DNA of 64,000 nt from Botryllus schlosseri (taxonomy: Eukaryota): assembly GCA_051294905.1 (NCBI GenBank), contig CM119371.1:36892001-36956000 (forward strand), given 5' to 3'. Both the position numbers and the translations under genes were made by a program. Below the pieces are notes generated by a model. That model had not been told where the DNA came from. It saw only the letters and a list, made by a program, of their open reading frames with translations, and made no database searches. Positions 38,601-52,558 of the stretch are shown here, one piece after another. Every line of letters begins with the position of its first letter. Position 1 is the stretch's first letter.

Positions 38601-41600
38601 CGGCAGGGCCATAACCTAGTTGCAAGGTTCCGACTCACGAGTCACACTCACTTTTATAGTTTTTACTCGAGTCAAGTCGAGTCATTTTCAATTCACTGCC
38701 GAGTCATGTCCGAGTCCAAGTCAGCCACTAGAGCGAGTGCGAGCCCAGGTCATCTTCAGTTTCGGTTTCGAAATCAGTTTTGTTAAACAACTTTTTTAAC
38801 GCTTTTTGGGTGATATCGAATAGTTTTCATTTAAAATATACTAATTTCATACAGTTTCTGATCGGATTTTCAAGAGTAGCTCTAGTGCAGGGGTGGGCAA
38901 CCTGTGCTGCGGGCGTGCGGCCATGACACGTAATTTAATTAGTATGTGTTGGCGGCCGTCAACAGGCAAATTGAATTTTTGAATCAGTGAATTTTAATTG
39001 ATCTGGAAATTTTCTTCAATGCTATAGTTCATGGTAGCGCCCTTTGCAATCTGAGCCCCACAGTACAGACGCGAACAGCATAGAAAAATGATGCGCCCCA
39101 CTGCCCCAGCGCCATATAGAAATACCAACTTGGAATCGTGTGATTCTCGTGAAGGAAAGTTGTTTCTGGTACGTTTAGGCGATTCCAATATATTTCCACT
39201 ATAGCCTCCTGACTATCCTGATAGGAGGTCAAGAAATAACAACATGCAACAAAGTAACTAATAGCAATTGATAGGGTTGGGCACAATGATTCGAGTCGAG
39301 TAGTAAAATGCGACTTTTTCGAGTGCTGAAATTATACGCTCCTCGCCACTGAAAGTTAATTTATCAACGAAAATTATAGTTTCGATACAATTATCATTGT
39401 GGAAGCCTTGAAACCTTGATTGGCCGTATCATAGCATACGAAACGTATAGTACAAAGCTGCGAACGTTACTGGAAATAAACACATTTACGAGGTCACGAT
39501 TATCCCACAATATTGTCACCAAGTGCAATGAAATCCGTATGGTCGAAAAAATACCAAAGTATCTTTAATTTGATGGATAACAGGCATTATATTCTTTGTG
39601 GTCTCATAAAAGGTACATATTTGAATTTTGACATATTACATTCTGCTATGACGTCATAATGAGTTCGACTCGACTCGAAGCATATTACGTGATTCAGAAT
39701 CGAATCACTCTGGTATCGTACTTGTTTTTGCCTAGCCCTAGCAATGGGTCCACCCGAAGATGCGTGGTCATGTGCAACTTGCCCTAAATTTCCGAAGAAA
39801 CTACCTCCGTCAACTCTCAGTGAATCCAATCACATGGGCTGATAAAGGATAAATATTTGATGGTATTATGGAATATACTGAAAACAATGACGATAACGCT
39901 TCGCGCGACGATAACGTTTTAAAACATGGCCACTCGCGATTTCGGTGCTTACCTGCTTATAGCAAGCCGAAATGAGAAAGTGGATTAATCCGGAGTTTCC
40001 GGGGCGGTAATCGACGTGTGTTCAACATGCGTATTCGCCACCCAGCTCGTTCATCATGGCTTATGTCTGGAATGCGGCCGGAGGCTACATAAGTAATCGA
40101 AATACGGCCGTAAATAGCAAAAAGGTTGCCCACCCCTGTTCTAGCTCTAGTCGTGACTTTTGAAAAAGCGATTAGGTCTAGTTCTTGTGCAAGTTGCGGA
40201 TTTTAGAAACGACGGTATCAGCCGACTTGAGTTGATATTTACTGTGAAATTCTACCGTTTTGTGTCAGGTCAAGTCGTGTTTTGTTACCGAGCACGGAAG
40301 GGCCAGAGAAATCCAGGCTCACAAGCTAGCCCAGTGGGAGGCAGCGCTGAAACGAGAAAAAGGCGTGGAAGCCCAGATTTCTGCGCGACGACCCACACCG
40401 CCACCTGACATGGTGTATCCAATGGGCGGCCAGGGACGGTTGATGATTCCGGGGCTGGTGCGGGAGGAAGCCGCGGAGATTTTGTTCGAACAGGTTTGAT
40501 TTTGTTAGTTTCCAGATTTGTGCTAGGCCAGTGGTTCTCAAGTGCTGCTTTGCCAAATACGTTGCAATTATACATCTTAACGGCAAAATGCCGGGAGTTA
40601 ACGATTGTCCATTTATTCGAGAAGTGAAACATCCAATTTCATATTGATCGAGAAATTTGTAATGTATTTGATTCTATACTGGAATCTGAATCGGGTATTA
40701 ATTCTGTAGATTCTTTCGACGAGTACTTAAGTAAGTTGTGCGATCCTTACCAAGCTGGACCATAGGGGGGGGGGCGAGTTACGGGGTCCGCCGAGTCAAG
40801 TCCAAGCCAGTGGCCAGAGGGCCGAGTCATAGTGTTGTGACTAGAGTCCAAGTCGTAGCCTTCACTGTTCAATTTTAGGTTCAGTACGGTTCAGCCCACT
40901 TTTTTCAACTCTGCTTTAGTGACATAGAATGGCTCGCATTCAAAATATTGTAATTTTCTTCAGTCCCAACACTTTCTGGTCCGATTTTCCAAGCATCAGG
41001 ACTGATAGACGAAATACCAATGATATGGTAACTTTATTATTCTTCGAAGTTACAATGACATGTCTGTCTTGGCCGTCCTAGTCTCGAGTCATGTTATGAC
41101 TTGGTTCATGTTTTGCACAATGACTCGAATACAAGTCGAATCGGTATACAAATTGACTCAAGTCGAGTCATTTTACGTATTTGAAAAAAATCGTGACAAC
41201 CCGGGTTAAGAACCACTGTGTTAAGTTGTGTTATCCAGTTGACTGAATCGAATCTATTTTATATTATTTCAGGACAACGATCGGTTATCGCTGCCAACTC
41301 TGGTGCTGGATTCCATATTAAAATGCCCAGTCGACTCGAGAAAAGCTCTAGCCTCAAATCTGGTTCTGTCGGGTAAACTATTTTATGGCTTGCTAATGTT
41401 AGAAGGAATTCTGCATGTGCGATATGTTGTGTTTGGCATTTTATTACGCTTCGTGGAGGTTGACAGAGGTCATCATTGACTTTCAAGCAGACGTAGTTGA
41501 GTGACTCTGTAAATTACTAGTCAGGAGTAGGCTACTTCCGTTTGGAATTGTTTTGACCTGCTTTAAAATCAGTCGCTTGAAACCAATGTAAAGTAGCGAT

Positions 41601-43048
41601 TTCTAAGACGTGTCAAAACTATCACAAGTGCAAGTAGAAAATGGTGATTAGGAAAGTTCTGCTTTTGAAATGTAAAACGAATTGCCCTTTGTGTCTTTAA
41701 CGTTTGTCTAAATACTTCTGTTTCAGGTGGAACGTCTATGCTTCCCGGCTTTTCGCACAGACTGTTGTCTGAGCTCGAAGATCTGGTGGCGATTGAGGAA
41801 CGATACAAGCCTGTAAGTTATGTTTTGTTGCCTGTGATTACTCCTGATTAGAAGGAGAGTTGAACAAAGTCCAAATTTAGATTAAAATTACACATATAGC
41901 TGCACATTTTTTTCAAATTAAATCAGAATTAGAATTACTGAATTCCCTTGATCATATTAAATACCGTTGATGTATGTATTCTCAGCTGTCCGAGTGTCGG
42001 TTTCGAATTCATAGCACGCCTGTCCGTGGAAATATCGTGTCATGGTTGGGAGCCTCTATTTACGCCTCGCTGGATACCTTTCCTCATAGATCCATAACGA
42101 AAGAATATTTTATCGAGGTGAGGGTAATTGTCGTTATGGCTTGCGTTCGAAATAGCGAAGTGTCATAATATCGAGGCATTCAAAATAGTGAGTGTACTGG
42201 CTGAGCAGGACAAGCAGGGCTGCGGAGTCAGTTCACTGTATCTCCGACTGGGACATTTTGAATATGCCGCTTAATATTTTCTTCACCGAACTCAGACTCG
42301 AGCATTACTGTAACTCCTCTCAGATAATTTTACGTGGCGTCACATTCATGAATATTCAAATATTCGAGGATTGAGGCGAACATATATGGCTTAAGGTGAA
42401 TGTACTATTTTTAGAGTATACAACGCGATTTTAACCAAGTCACTTTTCAATCTCACTTTTATAGTTTTTCCTCGAGTCAAATCGCATAATTTTAAATTCA
42501 CCACCGAGTCAGTTAGTAAAGCGTCAAGTCCGAGTCTGATGTTCACTGTTCAGTTTTCAGTATAATCTGGTTCAACCCACTTTTTCAACTCTGCTCGAGT
42601 GATATAGTATGGCTCGTATTCATGATATCGCAATTTTCCTCAGTCCTAACAGTTTCAGTTCCTATGGTGACTTTACTATTCTTATAATGTCGTCCTGGTC
42701 TCGAGTCAAGTCATTTTAATTATTTGAAAAAATGACTCGAGTCAGATCTAGTCACCAAAAATCGTGACTCAAGTCCGTGTCAAATCGAGTCAACGCCTGC
42801 GATAATGTAGTCTTCCCTTTTTTCAGAACAAACATCGACTTCCGGATTGGTGTGTATTGGATCTGCAACCGCCCGAGTTTCAGCCTGAAAAACCAGCGGC
42901 GATGAAATCCGGCCGTAAAAGCCTGCCGTATCTCGGCTCGTCAGGGCTGAGAACGTCGTCAAGGTCCAGTGTCGGGTCGGTGCCACGAAATTCCGCAGCC
43001 GTATCGGCCCTGGCTGCGCTAAGGCTGGCGCAAGCCGCGAAGAAGTAG
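35615..43048 (+). CDS. ACTR10: Actin-related protein 10 (Arp11, dynactin pointed-end subunit), 9 exons, about 460 aa
   Basis: Exons 35615-35735, 36774-36988, 37139-37291, 38435-38563, 40269-40493, 41273-41372, 41727-41812, 41986-42117 and 42827-43048; all GT-AG and phase-consistent (1383 nt). Motifs VVLDIGQAYTKVGIAGE, LQVNPKNRRVIVCES, EILFEQDND, CPVDSRK, GGTSMLPGF.HRLL.E, WLGASIY, LPDWC. Confidence 0.95.
38888..40138 (-). mobile_element. Family B hAT MITE in ACTR10 intron 4
   Basis: CAGGGGTGGGCAACC...GGTTGCCCACCCCTG; flanks CTCTAGTG/TTCTAGCT. Confidence 0.82.
39272..39740. mobile_element. Nested hAT MITE
   Basis: TAGGGTTGGGCA...TGCCTAGCCCTA; degenerate TSD GCAATTGA/GCAATGGG; interior homologous to about 57165-57500. 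Confidence 0.72.
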
Positions 43049-46000
43049 CTCGGTCTCGTTGAATATAGGATTGTCGGTTGATTGTTCTATGGAAATATTG
43101 CAGTCTGCGCCAGGGATGTTCCTGTGTCGGCCAATTGCTTCTGCGATTAGGGTTGGGCAATATCGAGCATTTGAGTATCACTAATTATGACAATATGACA
43201 TGGCAACAGTTTGAATGATGTGGAAGGTTAAAGTATCTTCCTTTTATGCGACCACTATGATAGGGCTGCGATATTTTGAGTTCTGGAAAGGAGGACACTT
43301 TACAAGTTACAAAATTCACAATACTGAACCCGAAAAGTGCTGATGCAACAATTTTTACGGGAAATCATGTTGCGTTAACTGGAAAAAAGTCAATTTTCCG
43401 ACTCGCGAATGATCCACTTCATCAAAATGCTGCTGTGTTGTTGACTGAAAAATGAAAAGGTCATATTTCCAGTCCTACTCCTGAAAGACCCGCTCGAGCA
43501 TCCACATTACGGGAAGATTTGTGTATATATTTCTCGAATCCAGCCACTGGGAACAGAAGTTGTGTTTTATAGTCGTAAATTTTATGCCAATAAAGTACTA
43601 TATTTAACGGTGCTCGTATTTTTTGCTGATTGTGTGAGGGGGAGTGGGTCAACATTGGTTAGTTCGGTAAAAGTCGTGCCTCGAATTCCTTATTTACAAA
43701 TGAAAGTATTGATTTTTAAGACCTGTCCAAACTACTTTGAAGAGAAAGTCTTTATTCTATCAAGTAGTTATGGAAGTTGAGTCATAGTTGGATGCCGGTA
43801 GCGTGCTGACTTCGGTCAGCAATACTTTGCTGTCATCTGGGTGGATAGTGATAAAAAGCGTCTCGTCGGTTGATCAAATTGTTCCTACCGTCAATCTAAA
43901 CATTTTACGCAGTGTTAGGACAGGCTACGGCAATTAATGACCAATCTCTTGGTTTATTTTGATAAATCACTCACAACAACAAAATTAATGTTTCTGTATT
44001 TTTAAATTGTTTGACCGTATTTACATACGTTCGTCCTGATGAAAGTCACTCAAATAGCTCAGAGTGGAAGAAATTTGATGATATGATTTTTAATATATAG
44101 TTTTTGACATAAAAGTTTGCAGTTTGAATCTATGGATGTGGAAATACTTTGCTGACACAATGTCTCCTTAGTCCTTTGATAAGTAGCTTTCTAGTACTTC
44201 ACTTAAGATATTGGCGTGTAGTGCAACGTTTATGTTACCGCCGAAATGAGAAGTCGATCAATATTTAGATTTTTGGAATCAGTGCTACAGCTATATTAGA
44301 TTAATATCAATTATTATAAATTCTCAGCTATTTACGATGGATTGCGCTACCACAGCATGATTAGTAGCCTACCAGTTTTTACAGAGAAAATATGGCGCCC
44401 ACGATTAAGTTGTGATTCGTATTACCATGACGTCACGAATTTTCAATATTGACGTGACAAGGGATTGGCATGTATGGCTCTTTTGAAGTTAAAATGAGAA
44501 ATATAGGACTAACATGGTTCCCGACCACAGCTATAGATCGTTACTATACTCTCTACCCACATGAGTTAGCGGTAGAGCTGGTGGAGGAGGATGAGTTCGA
44601 AAATACAGGGAGCGTAATTGTACATCGTTAAGTCATGTTCAATTGTTCATGCCCAGCCGATAAGATCGTTTATCAGCGTTATGCCGGTGCGCACCACGGA
44701 GCTTTTTCAACACCCCACATCCAGTGGTTTCCAACCTTTAATGGTCACAACTCCATCTCCAATTTGAAAATGTTCCGTGGCCCAGATCAAAATTTGACGA
44801 GCTAATTACTAAAAGAAGTCAACACCTTTGCCCGGACTTACTCACGGGCTATATTGGAAGCTGATTACGTTCAACATATTTGCGAACCCCAGAATAAAGG
44901 CAAACGACCCCCACGTTTGGAACCACTATCTTTGAATAAAGCATTTAAACGGCCTTAACGATCTTTAGGTTATGCCGTTCTCCTAAAATTGCCATTACAA
45001 TTAGACTTTTTCCAGTAAATGAAGGTTGTTTTTATTTATATTTTATTGCAGTATTTGCGAGGGTGTGGTAGTCTTCATATTAAAATCAATAAATGTGATC
45101 GTAAATCGCGCGCAGCGCGGAGAAAAATATCATGCATCAGCATAAATATTCCCATAAATAATGCTTTTATGCTGATTTACGAAAAAATTATGAGCCTACG
45201 TCAAATTTCCAAAATTCCAGACATTTGGCATATTTTAGAAATTCCTCCCGGACGCTAGTTTGAACAGAGAAATCCCGGACATGTCCGGGAAATACCGGAC
45301 GTATGGCAACGCTAATTTATCACGACTATCGTAAACCCCGATTAGGCTACACCGCTCACATGCTCTGATATCAGGTCATCTAAAATATTCTACGTAAAAT
45401 TGTGGCACGTCAAAGGTCCACTAGCTGCAATATAATAACCCGACACTTTTACGATGTCACCATGCGTCCTGTCGCATGATGTCTATAATTTATTATTTTA
45501 ACAAATTATGCCCGACACAAAAAACTATTTTATTGAATTATTTGAAAATGTGATTTTTACGTGCCAAGCGTGAATAGTATAATAGTAAATTATATTTTCG
45601 CGATGTTTGTGAAATACCTGTCTGCAAGGTCCTGTTAAATATGGCCTACTGGGTAATTATGCATTGGTTATCCCTATTATAGATGATGTGGCCCGCGGGG
45701 TCATCAAAATCAGGAAATTGGCCCGCGACCACATTAGAGTTTGAGACCTTTGCTGTAAACTATAGTGGTACATGAATCTAATTAATGTATCCCGGGTTCT
45801 ATAGACGGCTTTCACACTCTCACAGTGACAATTTTCACCGTAACCAGGCCTCATATATGACTTTGAACCGCAAGAATAGTTTGTACGTATATTTATTAGT
45901 TGTTAACAAACGAATCAGTCAGAGCTATTATGAAGCTCGTCTCAATTACCGAATTAATTAGGAATACTCGTTTAGTACCATAGTCAAAAATAATTATCAA

Positions 46001-46573
46001 GTAAAATGCAGTAGATTATTGTAATGTAGCGTGCGTATACTGTGATGTAATATTGAAATTTTCGAAAAACCTATTCAAATTATTGAAGCATAAAGCGGAC
46101 GAATTTCGATCGAAAGTTGCGTCTTTAAAGTAACTAAAAACGAGTCAAATAATCAAATTAGTAGGTTACGAATGGGATCACGGGTATATGCCGTGCATTC
46201 CGGGGAATTTCACCGTTCACTCCGCGGGAAACGACATCATTATCGCCGGCGTCTGCCGGATGGGCGGACTGATCAACATTTTGATTTTCATGGTGTAAGC
46301 CTATATCGTTTTGAAGATTATCATTGGATATGCCGAAGCCAATACAAGGTTCATCACCGCGGTATCTAAGATCGAACTTATGCGCTATTTTATCAGCTAC
46401 ACCCGCATCTGATTCGCTGTTGGTTGCCATAATCACAAAAACCGCAATAAATTTACGAATATAATTGAAATATCAAAAAGCGAAATTATATAACACGGAA
46501 AATTACGGTCAAATGTATATACGAACTGCCAGCCGACAAATAAATCCAGAAATCGTATAAAAGGGGTAAATAG

Positions 46574-47514
46574 TAGGGATGGTGTGAACCTCTGAAAGGT
46601 TCAGGTTCGTGTGAACGTGAACCTTTTTGAAAGGTTCTGCGTGAACACGAACGTGAACCTCATGACGTCACGTGACGTCATATTGCTAATTTAAACCCCA
46701 TATTTCAATTAGGTGATTGCCTACTGTACACGATACCAAGCGGCGACTCGAGGCCACATAATAGCTCAGTACTTAGGTACATATAAAGGTTTGAAACGTT
46801 GGCAAATGTATCAACTGGGGTAATCAAATGATATAATAATCCCATAAAGTCAGTATCTTGCGTCGCTTTGCCAACAATTTCGACCTGATCGGACAATGTA
46901 TTCGGCGTCTGAGTATTGCCACATGGATATTTAGCAGAGTGTAAAATGGGTTTCTATACTTGGTACCGATTAACAAGTTATACAGCAGTATAGCCAACAC
47001 CCCAGTCGCAAGGATTTGGTTTTTATGATACAGTACTATACATATGTAGTCAAGATTGACCCGGTACGGCTGCTAGATTTTTACATCTGAAGACGATATC
47101 AATCTCATTGATTGGTTGAATAAGGATCATTTGTTGACAAAACACAGTGTATTTCTCTCTTGATGTCATGTGATTGCGGGTCAAGCTCACAGCACAGAGA
47201 CACTAAATCTGCACAAACGGAAAGCTGGAGATTTCGAGCAAACTTTTGTAACAATACAAGTAAATTTTTGAGATTGTCAAGGGCATGCTCGTTTAGTGTT
47301 GAATGTTTATGTTGCCAGCTCCATGCATAGAGTGGCCCGCACTTGAAAGTCAATAAAGTTGAACCAAATATGTTATAATGAAGTGAAAATTGCAATATAT
47401 GAAAAAGGTTCACAGTGCAGAACCTACCAAGGTTCTGTTGTGAACGCGAACCTCAAATTTTCCGAGGTTCACACACAGAACACGAACGTGAGCCTCACGT
47501 TCACACCATCCCTA
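46574..47514. mobile_element. hAT MITE with GTGAAC/GAACCT subterminal repeats
   Basis: TIR TAGGGATGGTGTGAAC...GTTCACACCATCCCTA; TSD GTAAATAG/GTAAATAC; related end fragment at about 25305-25372. Confidence 0.9.
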
Positions 47515-48514
47515 GTAAATACCGGATGTGTCTTGCAGTCCTGGTATTTTCGTGAATATCCGTATCGTTGCAAGGGAATGGCGGCAAAGAGTCTTTTCGT
47601 TTGAACTAAGTCACGAACGTCAGGTCACCATGCGACATCAGGTAATAGTAGTAGCCGTCAGTCAGTCTGCGATAAGTATACGGAAAGTCCGTGGTCAACG
47701 GATATCCGCTTATAGTTTATACTTAACTGGCACTTCCGCAGTAGCTGACACGAACGTCCTGTGTTCTGCGTAGTTCTTGACTGTAGCTCAATAGACACAA
47801 ACAATTGCCTTTTCCAGATATATTGGTCGAATATGCATGGAATATACAGTAGGACAGGGGTGGGCAAACTTTTGAGCTCGCGGGCCGCATTCAACATCTG
47901 AATCCATTCGCGGGCCGCACAATATAAAATTGGGAAAACCAAAACACAATATTGGTATTTGATTATATAGTGAGGACATGGAGTTAATATATATGCTTAT
48001 TTATAACAAACCAAACATTTCTTTGATGATATCGTACACGCGTCAGAAACAGTGACGAGATTTCTAGGCTGGTCGACCTCAGTAACCAATTTGTTGAAAC
48101 TATAGAAATGAAAGTCGGTTTTCCCGATTCTTACAACAGGATTGAAAGTTAAATCCGTGAAAAATGATCCGTTCATAGATTTACCAATTCCACTTTTGGT
48201 TCAGTTCGAGGACACACAATGATGACAGCATCATAACCATGTTAGCTCCAAACACGCTTGTACTATGTGTAGATAAAATATAAATACCCTCATTCTACGC
48301 ATACAGAGAACGAATCAACTTAAGACACGCGCGAATCGTTTTTAATAAGCACATCACTGAAATAATTAATACTGGAGTGGCCAATCTGAAGTCACACTCG
48401 TGATCAGAATTATGCCAATCTCGTTAAAGGATTTCTTTGATGTTTAGCAATTGAAACCTTTCAAACTGCGTGGGCCTTGAGCTCGGGCTGTCGCGCCAGA
48501 ACTTAAAAAATAAT

Positions 48515-51500
48515 ATAGACAGACAGACAGACAGAAGTTTATTTTCATGTGTAAGAAAGTAACGCTGTGAAATGGTGGCCAGCGATACGACCTTCAGGCC
48601 TTCAAGTCAGCTGGTCACCTCATACATTAAACAGACAGTCACATATAGGTCAACATGCAATACCAATTACATATAACCCATATATGTATAATGTATATCT
48701 ATAGTTAATGATTTGGCATATCACTGCTGTCAATCTAGCTATATAATAACAAATAACTAAACAGTTGGTAAAATAACAAGTAGACAATACAAACGGTACC
48801 AAACTCTCAATGGTATGAGAATGAAGAAACTAAACAGTAGACATAAGGTTATGATTGCAAGAGCTGCTTTTTATAATGATATTTAAATTCGTTAAAAGAC
48901 ATATTTTTCAATTCAGTTGGAATCTCACCCCATAGTTTTGGTCCTAAAAAGACAATGGATCTTTGAGCCATTGAAGACACACGTGGAATAAAATAGTTGT
49001 TAGAAGAAGCAGATCTGGTATTATAAGTATGGACGTCTTTTTGGAGAAGAAATAGGCCTAGCAATGCATCGGAAATATTGCCATTGTGGTATCTATGCAT
49101 CAACTTTGCAATTTCTAGAGAGCACATTTTAGGAACTGTTAATATGTTGAGGGATCTGTATGCTTGCTGAACACTGTCCCGTGGCCCTAGACGGCATATT
49201 GAGCGGATAGCTCTATTTTGTTGAACAGATAAGGCTTGCAAGTACGTTTTGAAAGTTGTGCCCCAAAAAATAATACCATATAACAGATGAGGATGAATTA
49301 TGGAAAAGTATAGAGTTCTTAGAACTGATCTGGGAAGTAAACGAGATACCCGTGACAGCACACCACAAGCGCGAGAAACTTTTGACACTAGCAATTCGAT
49401 ATGGGATCTCCAAGACATATCATTGTCAATGTGTATCCCTAGATCAGTGGTTCTCAACCTTTTTGGCTTCGCGGACCCCTTTTGACCGTCACGGACCCTC
49501 GCGGACCCCCTCCAGTTTTACTTCAATTTTAGCTGTATTATGGTGCAACCTTCATCTGTTTTGTGCAAATATGAATTGTAGGCTTGTGATAAACAACAAA
49601 ATATTGATTTTTCTTAAAAATAACATATACTATTTATGTATAAATTGGTAGACTTTGAATATTTCAAAGCTAATTTTGCTGCTGTATTTCTTGAAGTAAG
49701 TGGTCGTGTCTTGAAAATCCACGTCTTCGTTTTGATATGAACGAGGAGTTCCGAAAATCATTTCCGCAAATATAGATGGAGGCTAATGCAATATTAACGC
49801 ATAACGCTTCCGACTATACGTTTGGTGTGATTGCAACATTTATGGCACCAAAATGAAGAAACATATATTTTATGAACATATCACGCCCAGCATCTAGCGC
49901 AGGGACTGGCAACATACGCACCGCGGGTCGGATGGGCCCGCGACGGCATTTTGATCGGCCCGCAGAGAGTTTCTACCGTCAAAGTGAAATCCTAATCTTA
50001 AAGTATATAGACAAATTTTATGCGCCAAAGAATGGATCCAAGTTTTCCAACCTGAGAATGACTGTAATGAAACGACTTATTCTGTTCGAGCAAGCATTTT
50101 CGACCATGAACTATTGAACATTAACACGACAAGGCTGCGTACCAATATAACTGGTGATATGAATTTCAGGGTTGGAGCGTAATGCTTTGACAGCAACGAA
50201 ACACTCATTGTTCATCAAAAACCAGCCTTGTCGATAGGGCATCCGCAATAAGAATGCGCCAAATCTGATAGCCAAGCTTTAAGAGTATAGGTATATCATT
50301 GTCCGATTTATGACGAGTGTCAGCCGTAAATATTCGGGTTCATTTCAATATGAATATACTATTTAATTGTATATTGAATTTCTGTACCTCCAAGAAGCTA
50401 TTCAAATAGTGGTTATGTGTATTACAGGATCAAATGGATTTCGTGGCGAGATTTCAATCCCTGCATTGGGAAAAATTAGGGAAATACTTCGTAAATTATT
50501 ATTTCAAACGACTGTTCACTAATTTGATGAGACTGACAACTTTAAATCGAGAAGGTTTCGCCGACATTACGAAGTCACCCTGATTGACGTTACTATCTCC
50601 ATATTTTTATTTTTACCACAAACCCCAACAAAACGTCGCTAAACAGCAATATGTTTGTATCAGCAGGTTATTGGAAAATTGGCGATGGAAATGAATTTCC
50701 ACACTACGATATCTCATGTCAGACGATTATTATGATGATATGAGTCATGAGGTTTTAGCAGTTGTGGTGCGAAACTGCCTCATGCTTTCTCAAAATAAAA
50801 AATAAAAATTAGGTTATCAACCATTTTAAAAATTTAGAGGTCTCGCGGACCCCCTGAAATTGCTTCGCGGACCCCCGGTTGAGAACCACTGCCCTAGATA
50901 TTTCACAGTGGAGGTTGGTTTCACAGTGACGCCAAGTATTGTTGTTGCAAAATGGGGTGTGTGAGTGGGCGGTGCCTTGTTGTTGCTAATCAACAGCTGA
51001 GTTTTGGCAGGGTTTATTACTAGTTTGTTGACATTCATCCAAGTGATAATGTTTTCCATTTCAGAGTTGACTGTATGCTGGAGAGAAGCTAGGTCAGAAT
51101 CGCGAGCAAATAAGCACGTATCGTCTGCAAAGAGAGTAGTGTGGAACTTTGATGCGTTTGGCAGATCATTAATGTACATTATGAAAAGAATTGGACCTAA
51201 AGTTGAGCCTTGGGGAACACCGGTCTCGATTTTCCCATAGTGAAAGGGAGATGTCATGTGATGGTCAATGTACTGTAAGCGGTTTGAAAGATAGGAACGA
51301 AATAATTCCAGAGATTTACCTCTAATACCGTAACACTGTAATTTTTCAAGCAATAAAGAATGGTTGATCGTGTCAAAAGCTTTTTTCAAATCTAAAAATA
51401 TACTGCAGCAAACATCGTTAGAGCCTAGGGTTGAATAATGTTTAGTAATTAGATCAGTGATGGCTTGATTTGTGTCGGTGTTGTGTCGAAAGCCAAATTG

Positions 51501-51915
51501 GCTACTCGATATCAGGGAATTTCGTTCGAAGAATGTCACCATTCTTTTATAGATGAGTTTCTCAAATAATATAGCAATACACGGTAGGACTGAGATAGGC
51601 CTGTAATTATTCAAGTCAGTTTTATCTCCGGATTTGTGAACAGGAGTAATTTTAGCTATTTTCAAAGCAGCTGGGAAAATGGCCAATTCTACACATTGGT
51701 TGAAGTAATACGCTAACGTGGGCCCAATGGCAGGAATGAGAGTTTTTAGTAGGTCGGTAGAAAGTCCATCATGACCCTCTGCCTTTCCAGTTTTCATATC
51801 TCTAACTATTTCATAGATCTCTTCCTCACTTGTGTCAGTTATGAAAAACGAATCTAAGCTTGACCTGCAGTAAGCCACTGGGGATATATCAGCGCAATTG
51901 GCGAAGTATTTACCT
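48515..51915 (-). mobile_element. 5'-truncated CR1/L2-group LINE (RT ORF2) interrupted by a MITE
   Basis: ORF 50826-51878 has NYRPISVL, FLDLKKAFDT, GVPQGSTLGP and FADD; ORF 48849-49457 is its C-terminus (YFSIIHPHLLYGIIFWG, HTYNTR). The 3' UTR ends in AATAAA plus a (TCTG)n tail at about 48517-48545. Confidence 0.92.
49445..50891. mobile_element. Charlie-type hAT element inserted in the LINE RT
   Basis: CAGTGGTTCTCAACC...GGTTGAGAACCACTG; perfect TSD CCCTAGAT. Contains hAT dimerisation-domain remnants and a second hAT end starting at about 49900. Confidence 0.92.
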
Positions 51916-51920
51916 TAGAA

Positions 51921-52234
51921 CAGTGATCCTCAAACTTTTCAAGACACCCCCTCCTTATGATGGAGAAAGATGGCCCCCTCCCCCCTTATCCACATATCAC
52001 AAAACGCAACCAGGATGATAGCAAACCTAACGGATAGTTACTGACATGGAAGGTTACGACTGTGGATGAGAGACTTTTAAATATTAAATTCAGACTAAAT
52101 GCAGAGAAATTATCAAGAATGGGGGGAAATCGCGCGAAGCGCGTTATTTTTTTTGTTGAACTCAGCTTCGCGCCCCCATTCAGATGCTTTCACGCCCCCA
52201 AAGGTGGGCGCTCCCCCCAGTTTGAGAACCACTG
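51921..52234. mobile_element. Short Charlie-type MITE
   Basis: CAGTGATCCTCAAACT...AGTTTGAGAACCACTG; TSD CCTTAGAA/CCTCAGAA. Confidence 0.82.
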
Positions 52235-52558
52235 CCTCAGAATTATCATGGTGAAATGTACGAAGAAAAAATTTCATAAGTTCCTGCATTAATTCGATTT
52301 TTAGTACGCATTTTATCAATATTTTTACTAAGTTTCTTTAGACTCTCGCGGGCGGCACAGAACGGTGTTGCGGGCCGCATGCGGCCCGCGGGCCGTAGTT
52401 TGCCCACCCCTGCAGTAGGATATCGCAGATGAGTCTAGTTCGTAATTTGAGATGCACGTGCTGATAAATGGTAAGTTACGTGGTCCAAGAAGAAAGACAT
52501 AAATGACGTGATATACAGATATGAGAGAGAAGGGGCCAGAGGCCTACACGGTTTCGAC

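Larger units (their letters stand above)
47855..52412. mobile_element. Charlie-type hAT element hosting a LINE and further MITEs
   Basis: CAGGGGTGGGCAAACT...AGTTTGCCCACCCCTG; perfect TSD CAGTAGGA (47847-47854, 52413-52420). Confidence 0.9.
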
